Shown: positions 26,882-38,398 of the stretch, piece by piece | How the letters are laid out: each line of letters opens with the position of its first letter | Numbering within the stretch: the first letter of the stretch is position 1 | NCBI RefSeq assembly: GCF_037042905.1 | Contig: NC_087263.1 | Coordinates: forward strand, 14,262,001 to 14,326,000 | Reading direction: 5' to 3' | Source of the DNA: Lytechinus pictus | Lineage: Eukaryota | Length of the DNA stretch: 64,000 bases | Made by a program: the position numbers and the translations under genes | Notes under the pieces: model-generated | What the model saw: the letters and a program-made list of their open reading frames with translations, nothing else | Database searches by the model: none | What the model was told of the DNA's origin: nothing

Positions 26882-29800
26882 CATACATACATACATACAT
26901 ACATACATACATACATACATACATACATACAAAGTTAGATGAATAGTTTGATGGATAGCGAGACAGAAAAATATCATTGAATAAAATTCGTTCGACAAAT
27001 CCTAAAAAATCAATATAGAAATCATTAACCAATCACATTAATATAGGCTAGATATATAACAAAACGAGTCGATGATCGATGCTTATGGAGAAACGCATGC
27101 TTGTGTGAGGCCACATAAATGGAGGGATGGATTGCTAGGCAAAATAGAAAGTTGTCTTAACAAACATCTATGACAGCTCGGTTCCATGATATTTGCTCCG
27201 GCGACAATCGCTCCGCAACAAATTCCACACACTATCCAATGACCAACTTCAACCCTGGGTTTAACTCTATACCCTACCCTAAACGTAACCCTAAACCTCC
27301 ATCAAACCCTATTCTAACCTTACATCTTAGACGAAATTAAGCCCGGAGCAAATTGTCGTAGGAGCACATGTCGTGTCAAGGCTGACTCAACCCACACACA
27401 CACGCACCACCGACATACAGTTACAACAAGTTAAATATCACAGTACGTATGTCCAATAGTATGTTTATATTATGTGTTCACAGTGTGGAACACAACACAC
27501 AACATGCTATAAAGTTGGCTTCATACTATTAAATTTGAACAGCGTGTATCAGTTCTTCACATAAAGTCCACTTTAGTATGTGAACATACGGTATTACTGT
27601 GTTCTTTCCGACAGGCCAGTTTATTTGGCATGAATCTGTTTAGATTTGTGCAATAAACCCGAAGAAATGAGTGACGAAGAATCATAATTGTAGCTTCGTC
27701 TTTTAAAGTAAAATTAATTAATTGATCAGTGAAAAGGGACTTGTAAGTTGATTCGAAACTAGAAACTCTTTGATTAATTTGTTTAATTTTAATTGTTCGC
27801 AGGCAGTTCACAGTGTGTTCACGAAATGTTAACAGTCGTTTACAGTGTGTTCACAATGTGTTCATAGTGTGTTGAGAGCGTGTTCACAATTTGTCCACAG
27901 TGTGTTCTCAGTGTGTTCATAGTGTGTTGAGAGCGTGTTCACAATGTGTTGAGAGCGTGTTCACAATGTGTCCACATTGTGTTTTCTGTGTGTTCACAAT
28001 GTGTTAAGAGCATGTTCACAATGTGTTTACAGCGTGTTCACAATGTGTTTATAGTGTGTTCTCAGTGTGTTCATAGTGTGTTCTTAGTGTGTTCAAAACG
28101 TATTAAGAGTCGTTTACAGTGTGTTAATATCTGTTTACAGTGTGTGATTTCAAGTTCAGTGCTGACCTTTTGGTGTTGGTGTTAGGTCAATATTTACACG
28201 ATTATAACACCAAACATAAAATGAAGATGGTCCCAAAAATTCACTCACTCGTTGTTGATATGTCAATAATATGATCTTGATCAGATTTACAAACTCTGAA
28301 TAAGTTTTGGAGCTAGGGAAGCAATCCAAATTTCAACTCCAACACCAAGGCCAACACTGGACTTAAAATCAAACAGTGTGTTCACATTTCGTGGACTATT
28401 TGGAAATGTGATTCATCACTGTTAAATTAGTCAACTTTACCAGATACACATGCTTTAACACTGTGAACACATCTAGAAATACAGTGTGAATGTTTACAGT
28501 GTGTTCACATAGATGATCTATGTGAGGGAGTGACCTACTCGAATATAACAGTGTGAAGGTGATTTCACATTGTGTTCAATATATATACGTGAGCATGCTG
28601 TACGTGGAACATATAGCGATTTTTACAATAGGCGCAATAGTAGGGTTAATTACCTGTAAATCTGTGAAAGATCCGCAAAAAGGCCATCTTTAACTCTCTC
28701 TAGTCTGTAGACACATTCTACAAAGAGACAAATGAGAACTATTAAGTAAAATTAAAAAGCAAATTTTTAAAAGTCATATACACAAAAACTATTCCGTGGA
28801 TAACAGGAACACCAGATCATGAATAAAAAAAAGAAATAGCACTTTTTATCGTTTAGTTCGAGCAAAGCAAAAGCAGATTATATCTATCAAGATTTAATTA
28901 ATATTTATTAAAACAAAAAGGCCGCAAAAAGCCCATCTTTCACTCTTTCTAGTGGGTTATCCAACCGTCTTTTGTTTTAAGTTTGATCTTTTCACTTTCT
29001 TAACATGTTTCAATCATTAATTTTTCTTTTCTTTTTTAATCTATGTTTAGAATTTATTTCATTATGTATGTATATATTACTGCTTATATCTCTTTACATG
29101 TATATATATTATTATGTACTTTTATGACGGAAATAAAACAAAACAAATGTTCGCAGCTAAAAGCTGAATTCGTACACGTTTTTCGTTTTTAAAAATACAC
29201 ATCAAATTCACATAAATTATAAGCAATATTACACGAATCAAGAAATTAGGCCTTACAGCAATTACAATACAAATTTAAAATTTGAAATGATGATAATCAT
29301 CATCATAACGGTATATTTACCCAGGGTAGCAACTTCAGTTCCATAAACCGGTCTCCCAGCGGGCCCTGCCCCGGCTTTAGCTCGGCTACCTAGGCGCTCG
29401 AGCATTCGAGGAATTTCTTCCGACCGAGTACTCATTCACTTCACCTGGGTTGAGTGCGGCATAATGTAGGTAAATTTCTTGCTGAAGGAAAACACACCAC
29501 GTGTGCCCCCTCCGTATAGGAGTTTACGACTATCCTTACCTTTCAGCTTTGCGGCTAAATTTTCCACATTCACCGGTGAATTGTGGATTGGTTTGGCCTC
29601 CATGACAGTCATGCATTCTTCTTCTGGCATTAATCTGATATCCAGTAACCAACTTTGCACTGAATCAACTTCACATCTGTTGTTTAAAAAAAAGTAAATG
29701 TGTTTCTATTTTTGTTTATTTGCTTTCAAATAAATGCAATAAATGTATATGCAATTTACATAAAGTCGGGGCATAAAGGAATTAATGAGTCATATCAATA

Positions 29801-30598
29801 AGCATATAGCCGTGATATAATTTATATAATAACGAATCCAATGTGTTGGTTTTTTTTAATTCATATCTGATTTCATATGATTTCAACGTGTCATGCTTGT
29901 TTGACTTTCTCTTTTTATTCCAATCAATTTTTAATTGGGGATTTTTCCTCTAGATCGTGACATTCACATTTTATATATTATGTTTCGATTAGATTCTTAG
30001 CGTTATGCTTGTTTCTTTTTTTCTTATATTTAAATCAGCTTATAGTGTTTAGGTGGTTTCCATTTTAAAAGAAATAAATGCAAAATTAGCAATGCTATTG
30101 AAGGGAGAATAGTGGAAAACTTTTGCTCATTTATTTTTTTCTTTATGATTCAAAAATATATATACATAAAGATGAAATCAAGTCGGCTTAACACTAATTG
30201 GTGTTACTTAAATGCCAAATTGGTGTCGGCCTAACGCCAAACCGGTGTTAATTCAACACCTCTCTGGTGTGGACCGATATAGATACCAGCCTGCATGGGT
30301 GTTAAATTAACACCGGCATTTTTGCAGTGTAAGATAGAAGAAACCATGCAAATACATCTGGACAGTTGTACATCCAGCTGTGGAATAGCCTTCCCCGATT
30401 TATCAGGAGAACAGAGACCCAATCAACTTTCGAGTCTTACCTGAAGACCTTTCTGTTTCCCACTTCAACATCATCGCAAGAATAACATAACTGTAGAACT
30501 GCGAGGACAGTATTTGAACTGAACGATGATTCTAAGCCCCGTTTAAAGACATTGAAAGTAGTGTGATATTTCCTATTTTTTTTAGCAAGTGCGGCCAT
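17307..30598 (-). CDS. INSC: Protein inscuteable homologue (ARM-repeat spindle-orientation adaptor), about 547 aa, about 12 exons
   Basis: Minus-strand exons 30598-30441 (start uncertain), 29676-29540, 28717-28654, 27635-27590 (tentative), 25213-25161, 24216-24108, 23411-23166, 22704-22533, 21422-21247, 19856-19589, 18649-18573 and 17444-17307 join in phase. [53 protein letters not shown] and QLIQPRL..ETFV* match the INSC segments I recall (VDSVQRWMEDLKLMTECECMCVLQAKPI, VFLLASAALANITFFD, QLVQPRL..ESFV). Confidence 0.9.
17466..17693. repeat. (GGTT/GGTA)n microsatellite in the last INSC intron
   Basis: Direct reading. Confidence 0.9.
18145..18563. mobile_element. MITE
   Basis: TIR AAAGGCGACCGCACAACTTACGA and TCGTAAGGTGTGCGGTGGCCTTT. 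Confidence 0.75.
18573..18649 (-). CDS. INSC: INSC exon
   Basis: [26 protein letters not shown]; tgcAG acceptor and GTGAGT donor. Confidence 0.88.
19589..19856 (-). CDS. INSC: INSC exon (ARM repeats)
   Basis: [35 protein letters not shown]. Confidence 0.9.
19921..20231. mobile_element. MITE (PIF/Harbinger-like termini)
   Basis: TGGCTCGTATTCTGAA..GGTTTAA and TTAAACCTGACTTAAGAATAAGGGCCA. Confidence 0.65.
21247..21422 (-). CDS. INSC: INSC exon (ARM repeats)
   Basis: [39 protein letters not shown]. Confidence 0.92.
22221..22385. mobile_element. Small MITE with 3-bp CTG TSD (Harbinger-like)
   Basis: CCGTAACACAAAGGTTAGCGATCAATCGCTAA inverted at both ends; CTG on both flanks. Confidence 0.75.
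22533..22704 (-). CDS. INSC: INSC exon (ARM repeats)
   Basis: [47 protein letters not shown]. Confidence 0.9.
23166..23411 (-). CDS. INSC: INSC exon (ARM repeats)
   Basis: [33 protein letters not shown], phase 0/0. Confidence 0.88.
24108..24216 (-). CDS. INSC: INSC exon
   Basis: [36 protein letters not shown]; poly-T acAG acceptor and GTAAGA donor. Confidence 0.8.
24674..24935. mobile_element. G/C-run MITE with degenerate 8-bp TSD (hAT-like)
   Basis: TATTGGCGTAGGC..GCGTACGCTACTG; flanks GTTATCGT and GTTACCAT. Confidence 0.55.
25161..25213 (-). CDS. INSC: INSC exon
   Basis: [17 protein letters not shown]; ttcAG acceptor and GTAAGT donor. Confidence 0.7.
25650..25985 (-). mobile_element. 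3' fragment of a CR1-type LINE
   Basis: [35 protein letters not shown], the typical CR1 ORF2 C-terminus. Confidence 0.85.
26778..26930. repeat. (GATA)n(CATA)n compound microsatellite
   Basis: Direct reading. Confidence 0.95.
27185..27378. mobile_element. Short inverted-repeat element with internal AACCCT-like repeats; an inverted relative lies at about 26425-26600
   Basis: ATTTGCTCCGGCGACAATCGCTCC and GGAGCAAATTGTCGTAGGAGCACAT ends. Confidence 0.55.
28654..28717 (-). CDS. INSC: INSC exon
   Basis: [21 protein letters not shown]; tttgtAG acceptor, GTAATT donor, phase 1 in and 2 out. Confidence 0.7.
29365..29505 (-). mobile_element. 5'-truncated SINE of the same family as 5777-6020
   Basis: Reverse complement of TTCAGCAAGAAATTTA..ACTCAACCCAGGTG..GAGCTAAAGCC. 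Confidence 0.75.
29540..29676 (-). CDS. INSC: INSC exon encoding the LGN/Pins-binding peptide
   Basis: [32 protein letters not shown] and GT boundaries. Confidence 0.9.
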
Positions 30599-30625
30599 GA
30601 TGAGCGCCCAGCAGAGGCGGATACC

Positions 30626-31710
30626 TATGAGGCGCCGAATGTACCAATATTATATAGAACAATTATTTGTTATATAATCATTATTTATTAAATAATAACT
30701 ATTATTTATATATAATTTACATTTTATTTGTAAATAACTACTATTATATAAAATATCATTTCTAATTATTTATATATAATTCCAAGTAATACTTCATTAT
30801 TTGTAAATAATAATAGTTCGACATTCCATTATTTATAAATAATGATTATTTGTTTTTCATTATTTATAAATAATGATTATTTGTTTTTCATTATTTATAA
30901 ATAATGATTATTTGTTTTTCATTATTTATAAATAATGATTATTTGTTTTTCATTATTTACAAATAATGATTATTTGTTTTTCATTATTTATAAATAATGA
31001 TTATTTGTTTTTCATTATTTATAAATAATGATTATTTGTTTTTCATTATATACAAATAATGATTATTTGTTTTTCATTATTTATAAATAATGATTATTTG
31101 TTTTTCATTATTTATAAATAATGATTATTTGTTTTTCATTATTTACAAATAATGATTATTTGTTTTTCATTATTTATAAATAATGATTATTTGTTTTTCA
31201 TTATTTACAAATAATGATTATTTGTTTTTCATTATTTATAAATAATGATTATTTGTTTTTCATTATTTATAAATAATTTGTTGAGTTTTCCATTATTTAT
31301 AAATAATGATTATTTGTTAAATAATGAAAACGTCTACTTCATTATTTATAAATAATTTTTTCGAGTGCACCATTATTCTCATTATTTATAAATAATCATT
31401 ATTTAATGTTCGAGTTTTCCATTATTTATAAATAAAGATTATTTGTTAAATAATGAAATATCTACTTCATTATTTATAAATAATAATTTTGTTTCAATAT
31501 CCCATTATTTATAAATAATCATTATTTATAAACAATTTTTACAGTTTGCCATTATATACAAATAATCATTATTTATATACAAATAACCATTATTTATTAA
31601 ATAATGCCATTATTTATTATATAATGCCATTATTTATTATATAATGCCATTATTTATTATATAATGCCATTATTTATTAAATAATGCCATTATTTATTAA
31701 ATAATGGAAA
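30626..31710. repeat. AT-rich minisatellite (31-bp then 20-bp units), probably the subterminal array of a DNA transposon
   Basis: About 14 copies of CATTATTTATAAATAATGATTATTTGTTTTT at 30827-31277, then ATAATGCCATTATTTATTAT units. Confidence 0.85.
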
Positions 31711-32120
31711 ACTCGCTATAACATGCAAATGTGGGACCGCCCATGATATGAATATTCATAATGCGATTTCCTTTTTCGTGATTTTTCTTCACAAATTTTT
31801 GTCCATTTCCTCTTCATAATGACATTTCCTGAAGCAATTTTCTAGGGATATGGTCTGATTGTAATATTCTTCATTTTCTATATAACTTCGTCTTCGTAGA
31901 AATATCAAAAAGTGTAATTTTATACGATTTGTCCTACAGTTCACAATCCCCATAGGCGCGCGTGTATCGTAGGGACAACCGGTGAATCGACGGAGTGCTC
32001 TTCATCGAAATACTACGTTGGTTGGTCCCCGGAAGTGGCGGGCGGAATTTAGCCCGAATCCTCGATGGAAGTCGATCAAGTGCATATGAGCTGAGAGAGT
32101 GAAATATCAGTGTACTTGTA

Positions 32121-34015
32121 CAGGCCCTTCTACTTTTTATAAACATAAGTTTCAGTTCTAACAATGCACTTCAAATACATTTTGGAGTGTCTGTTTGAGG
32201 CGTTTGGGGCGATTTCACCCTGGCCCCAAAATGCTCGCAACGACAATACGGGGGCATGATGACCCCTAAATTTTTAAAAACTTATTTTTCTATTGAAAAT
32301 TATCACAAAATTCACCAAAAGTGTGCACGAAAGCCTTCGTATTTCACTTTTAAAACTCCAAAAAGTGCCCAAATGACAAGCTTGGTCGCTTCGCTGTGTC
32401 GCTTTCAACTTGAGAACGTTTACGCGTCTGCTTCCCCCCCCCCCCCTCCTCCGAAAGAAATTCTGTATACGGCCATGCTCTAAAGAGCCTGGCACATTGA
32501 TTTATGTATACTTTCATTTTCATTATTTTTATCTCATTATCAACATGGCCTTTCGCAGAATTTTTTCCAGGGGGGCCGGGGCCGGAGCATATGACGCACG
32601 TAAACTTTCTCAAAAAAATCATGAAAGCGAGACAGCCACGGGACCAAGCCCAAATGACAAGCTTGGTCGCTTCGCTGTGTCGCTTTCAACTTGAGAACGT
32701 TTACACGCGTCTGCCCCCACCCCCCCCCCCCCCTCCTCCGAAAGAAATTCTGTATATGGCCATGCTCTAAAGAGCCTGGCACATTGATTTATGTATACTT
32801 TCATTTTCATTATTTTTATCTCATTATCAACATGGCCTTACGCAGAATTTTTTCCAGGGGGGCCGGGGCCGGAGCATATGACGCACGTAAACTTTCTCAA
32901 AAAAATCATGAAAGCGAGACAGCCACGGGACCAAGCCCAAATAACAAGCTTGGTCGCTTCGCTGTGTCGCTTTCAACTTGAGAACGTTTACACGCGTCTG
33001 CCCCCACCCCCCCCCCCTCCTCCGAAAGAAATTCTGTATATGGCCATGCTCTAAAGAGCCTGGCACATTGATTTATGTATACTTTCATTTTCATTATTTT
33101 TATCTCATTATCAACATGGCCTTACGCAGAATTTTTTCCAGGGGGGCCGGGGCCGGAGCATATGACGCACGTAAACTTTCTCAAAAAAATCATGAAAGCG
33201 AGACAGCCACGGGACCAAGCCCAAATGACAAGCTTGGTCGCTTCGCTGTCTCGCTTTCAACTTGAGAACGTTTACACGCGTCTGCCCCCACCCCCCGAAA
33301 GAAATTCTGTGAACGGCCATGCTCAAAAGAGCATATGGCACATTGATTTATATGTACTTTTCATTTTCATTATTTTTATCACATCATCATCATGGCCTTA
33401 CACAGAATTTTTATCGGGGGGGGGGGGGGAGCAGCTAGGACGCGCGTAAAGTTTCTCAAAAAAATCTTGAAAGCGAGACAGCGACGCGACCAAGCTCAAA
33501 TGACAAGCTTGGTCGCTTCGCTTTTTCAAGATTTTTATGAGAAAGTTTACGCGCGTCCTGCTCCCCCCATCCCCCCCCCCCCGGAAAAAATTCTGCGTAA
33601 GGCCATGATGATAATGAGATAAAAATAATGAAAATGAAGTATACATAAATCAATGTGCCAGGCTCTTTAGAGCATGGCCGCGTATACAGAATTTCTTTCG
33701 GAGGAGGGGGGGGGGGAAGCAGACGCGTAAACGTTCTCAAGTTGAAAGCGACACAGCGAAGCGACCAAGCTTGTCATTAGGGCAAAAAGTGAAATACGAA
33801 GGCTTTCGTGCACACTTTTGGTGAATTTTGTGATAATTTTCAATAGAAAAATAAGTTTTTAAAAAATTAGGGGTCATCATGCCCCCGTATTGTCGTTGCG
33901 AGCATTTTGGGGCCAGGGTGAAATCGCCCCAAACGCCTCAAACAGACACTCCAAAATGTATTTGAAGTGCATTATTAGAACTGAAACTTATATTTATAAA
34001 AAGTAGAAGGGCCTG
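32121..34015. mobile_element. Foldback-type element with long TIRs and an internal array of 284-bp units
   Basis: CAGGCCCTTCTAC..GTAGAAGGGCCTG ends, more than 400 bp of inverted identity, units starting at about 32367, 32648, 32935 and 33219. Confidence 0.9.
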
Positions 34016-35797
34016 TCACTATGAGATTCCCGGCCAAAATCTCTCAATTCTCTCTCGTGTTTAACTCATAAATGTCACGAATGGTCTCCAATTCAACTCC
34101 TTTTCTCCTTGGCCAAAATCACTCGTTTTTATCTCGTTTGGGTAAAAGGGGTAGTTGTAAATTCGTTGAAAACAAGATATATTTTAGATTTTTCATACAT
34201 CGTTGAGCCAATGGCGAAGGTCAGAGAACTTCAATTCCTCTCAAATTTTGACAACGGTCGTAAACCATTGCTGAATCACTAGAAACCATCTCGATTTAAT
34301 GTCCTTTTTTACGAGCGGACGAAGGGCGCTCGCTCCCCAGATAGGTAATCGGATAGTCTGTATATTCATACATTATATTGGATATGATAATGGCATCGAC
34401 CAATATGACCAGCACTTTCTATTTTGCAAGTACATAGTTAATGAATTAACAATGAAATGAATCAATGTATCATATACTTTAATTCATTTTTTCCACCAAC
34501 ACCATTGTTTATTGTTTTTTTTTATCTGAAATTCACACCAAGCTGGTCTGGACAAACAACTGTACGTAGACTACGAAGTCTGGCCCCGATATAAATAGAA
34601 GGTCATTGGGCTGGGTGAAGTATAGAAATTAGCTAATTATGATTTTTTTCCCTTTATCATTTACGTAATTTCGACTAAACATGTAAACAAATAAATAAAG
34701 TAAGAAATTTCATGTTAAAACAAACTTTGAACGAAGAAAATTGATGCCCGAGAAGTCGACTTTCTGCACATGGAACATAGCCTCATGTCAAGACTTTTGG
34801 TATCGATTTATTATTTTTTTCTTTTTGTGGCAGCACCATAATAAGGCTATTTCTTTCTGCTGCCAATTCTGAGCTGTCTCCTCGTTTCACAAATCATTTC
34901 GATTTCTTGTGTATCTCTCGCATGAAGGAAATATAAAGCTTACCAACTAAAACTTTCAAATTAATTCCCGGCTACATCAAAATAATTCTGGCACTATGGT
35001 GGTTGCAGCAGGTTTTTTTTTTAATGAACCTCGCATGAATTGAATTAAATCAGTGGCGTAATGAGCAAAAATAAATGAGGGAGCTGTATAGCTTTTCGGG
35101 TATATTTATGAAAAAGATTTTAACATTTTAAAACAATTACGATATTGTGATAAAATGTTGACATAATATTCAAATAATGAATTTCACACTTTCTCTTTTT
35201 TCTTTCTTAATCGTGATTTTCATTTCTTTTGGGGATATGGGGGGGGGGGGGGGTAAAGCGACCCAAGGGGGGATATCTGTGCGCCACTGAATAGTTTTAG
35301 GTTAAGCTCCCCCACCAAACTTCGAGGAAAAGGGGCCCAACTGCCCAAGGCTCTTAAACACCATACGATTCCACCTATTATCATGTGGTACTGCCCGCGC
35401 ATCCGTAATCATTGAAAATATTACGCAAGTTTTGTTTTCAAGAAAAAAACATGAATGATAAAAATTATTTTTAAAATCATTATTAAATAATTGATTAACT
35501 TATTTATTCCATCATTTATCTATTTTCATTTACAATGCCAATGTTCAGGACTTAAATAGGCACACCGCACAGGCCTAACGAAAGAGCTGTTTTGATTAAT
35601 GCAGAGACGCAAATAATGTGAAGATTACTTGACGTTTGTTTCGAGAACCTCTAGTCGTATGCTTATAGTATGCAAATACATTTCTTTCAGGAAGGATTTC
35701 CCTTAAATTAATACAATATTAAGTCTATAGGAAAATTCTCAAGCATCTGCTCCGCTGGTCATGCATTCTATATTGGTACCTGGAATTGGTATATGGC

Positions 35798-36668
35798 AGT
35801 GTATCCTATTGCCGGACACCTTTATTTCAGTGCTTTAAAAATGACAACTAGAGGAAATACAATCAAGAAAAATTCACACTTGTTATTCCAAATATTATGA
35901 AAATTATGAATATGATAAAATTATTTTATATTTACCAACCATTTTGTTTGCATCGCACTTGCCGCATACCCCTCCACGAAAAACAATAATTTTCGTGCGC
36001 GACAAACTACATCATGATTCCGGACGCACGCCGGACGGGTAAAGATATCCTCGATTATAATGATGCAAGAACAAATTTGTGTGATTTTTTTCTTCTTATA
36101 TCATATCATGAGTAAATTCTAAGTTTTTATTTGCTTTTTTTATATCGAATCTGAGCAGATGTTGGTAATAAATTCGTATTTGATAACTTATTTTATTTAT
36201 CTTGTTAGCTGCATGTATATGGCACTTCCCAATAATTATGCTCGCGTTCGTATCGTGACGCTCATCAAGTTCTATCGATGCGCTGCCGATCGACGGCTCT
36301 ACTCACGGTAAACCTCGCGCACGGGTACCTTGAGAACTAGCCGTCGACGATCACCCACAATACACCATACCTCATCATTCGATCGAAGGAGTGGACGAGA
36401 TTGAAATTCGGCAAATCAGGCCCATATTTCCGTTAGAAAATATATCAATTGTTAATGCAAAACTAGTATGTTATATGATATTTTAAGCATTTTCTGTCAT
36501 TTTAGAGATAAATAAGGTAAAAGTTTGATTTTTTCGCCTTGTTTTTGCAATCTTGTTCTATGTATTGCTCTGTGAAATTGAATTGCGGAAGTCTTACGGT
36601 ACGAAATTGTTTTCGAACGCAGTAATATGCGCGTCCGGAATCATAATAGTGTCCGGTAATACAATACG
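35798..36668. mobile_element. TIR element present only in duplicate copy 1
   Basis: Imperfect TIR GTATCCTATTGCCGGACAC and GTGTCCGGTAATACAATAC; absent from the paralogous position near 41690. Confidence 0.55.
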
Positions 36669-36946
36669 TGACTATACATTAAATTGTCATCGCCATGAGA
36701 GTCATGTACAGGCGCTGGCGCAAAAGCATATTGAAATTCCTCAGTTTTTTTCCATTGGGCAACTTCCCGCCACCACTTATGGCAGTCACACTCCGGGTGA
36801 AATTTTGAGCTACTGTATATCCTTGGTTTCGCCATGGACATATCCGTTGAGAATACAAGCGTGTACGTGAAAGAGGATGGAGAAAGGGAGAGAAAGCCTG
36901 ATTGATTCAATCCATATATGTGCACGATGGTCCAACTCTTGGAGGG

Positions 36947-38398
36947 CAGGCGCGTAGCCAGGGGGGGCGGTGGGGGCGGTCGCCCCCCCAAAAAAAAACG
37001 TCCCCAAAAAGAAAAAAAAAAGAAGGGAAAAAAGAGAGGAAAAAAGGAAAAGGGAAGGGAGGAAAGGGAAGAAAGGTAGCTTTGTCTGTTTTTTTTTCTT
37101 TTTATTCTTTATTTTTTTTCTCAAAAGAGAAACTCCTTCATTCTTGCTTTAAATTTATATATGAATTTTGCTTCCGCGCTGCGCGCGGTTAAATGACAAT
37201 ATTGAAGTTCTCCTTTGTTTCCCCACCCTTTCTCTAACTCTGCTTTTCCACCTCAGCTATATGTGTTTCTTGCCAGTTAAAGTTCAAATGTATAGATTAG
37301 GGCATGGAATTAGAGTAATGTTAGGCAGAAGTATATGAAGTTATCTTTTTTTTATTGATCGCGCAACTTCTGGTCGGGTCGGCTCCGGGCGGGTAAAATC
37401 TTTATATCAATTTCTGCCGTCACCTCCATAAAGTCAACTTCTCCCGCTTTTCAGGTCATTACTAAACAACCATAATTTGGGGCAAACAGGTTCCTAATTT
37501 AAAAAGAGGAATGTATAAAATTCGTGTCGTATTAAATAAAAAAGTACAATATTTTTTTTCAAATTCTATTAATCTTCATGTTATTTCCCTGCACATTCAT
37601 CTCCTGTCCTGTTTTGCGCCCTAAGTTTGAAATTTTGAATGACACTTAGGTTTCTTTATAATTCAAAATGAAGCGCTTCAGGATGAGTCAAAGAAATTAG
37701 GCATCCTTTTTTATATTATTTTAATAAATCACAGAAGTTTCAACTTTTTGCGCACTATTTTCCTTGTAATGAAGTTCAATAATCTTAGGAAATCAATTGA
37801 ATTAGAGCCGATGGGGTATTAGATATATCTGCATTTGATGAAACGTCCGCCCTTTGAAATTTCAGAGTTTTATTGCTCTGCGCGGGGAAGAATATCTTCC
37901 TCCCGGCATATACACTTCTTTTCCTCTGTTTTGCGAGTTAAAGATATGCACTGTCGCTAAATTGTTTGTAATCAAATCTGATATTTCCAAGGGAAGTATT
38001 CAATATATCTTTGAGAATACCCTTTTCTCGGGACCCTTTTCATGGCAAAAAAATTGATAAAACGCTTTAGGATCCGCGCTTCGCGCGGGGTTATAATGAT
38101 TTTAATTTCCTCCATTGTATTCCTTTTTGTGCGTTCACAATCACTTTTGAAAACAAGGTTCAAAATCACAATAAAGTCAACTGAATTGGAGCTGATATAG
38201 GTACTAGAGACAAGAGAGACGGCTCCTTTTCATTTTGATATATGAAACACCAAAAGCTTCGCGCTTCGCGCGGGAGGGGGAAACTCCCCCTCCCTGCACC
38301 CACCCCCTAGGGAGCGCGCTTCGCGCGCTCTGTAAATGTTGGCACGCTTCGCGTGCATTTACCGCCCCCTCCAAAATGAAATCCTGGCTACGCGGTTG
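36947..38398. mobile_element. Non-autonomous hAT-like element with 8-bp TSD
   Basis: CAGGCGCGTAGCCAGG..CCTGGCTACGCGGTTG; TSD TTGGAGGG at 36939-36946 and 38399-38406; empty site in the paralogous copy near 41973. Confidence 0.88.

Noticed and set aside
32256..33740. Many repeated short ORFs
   Set aside because: Artefacts of the 284-bp repeat; their frames depend on poly-C run length.
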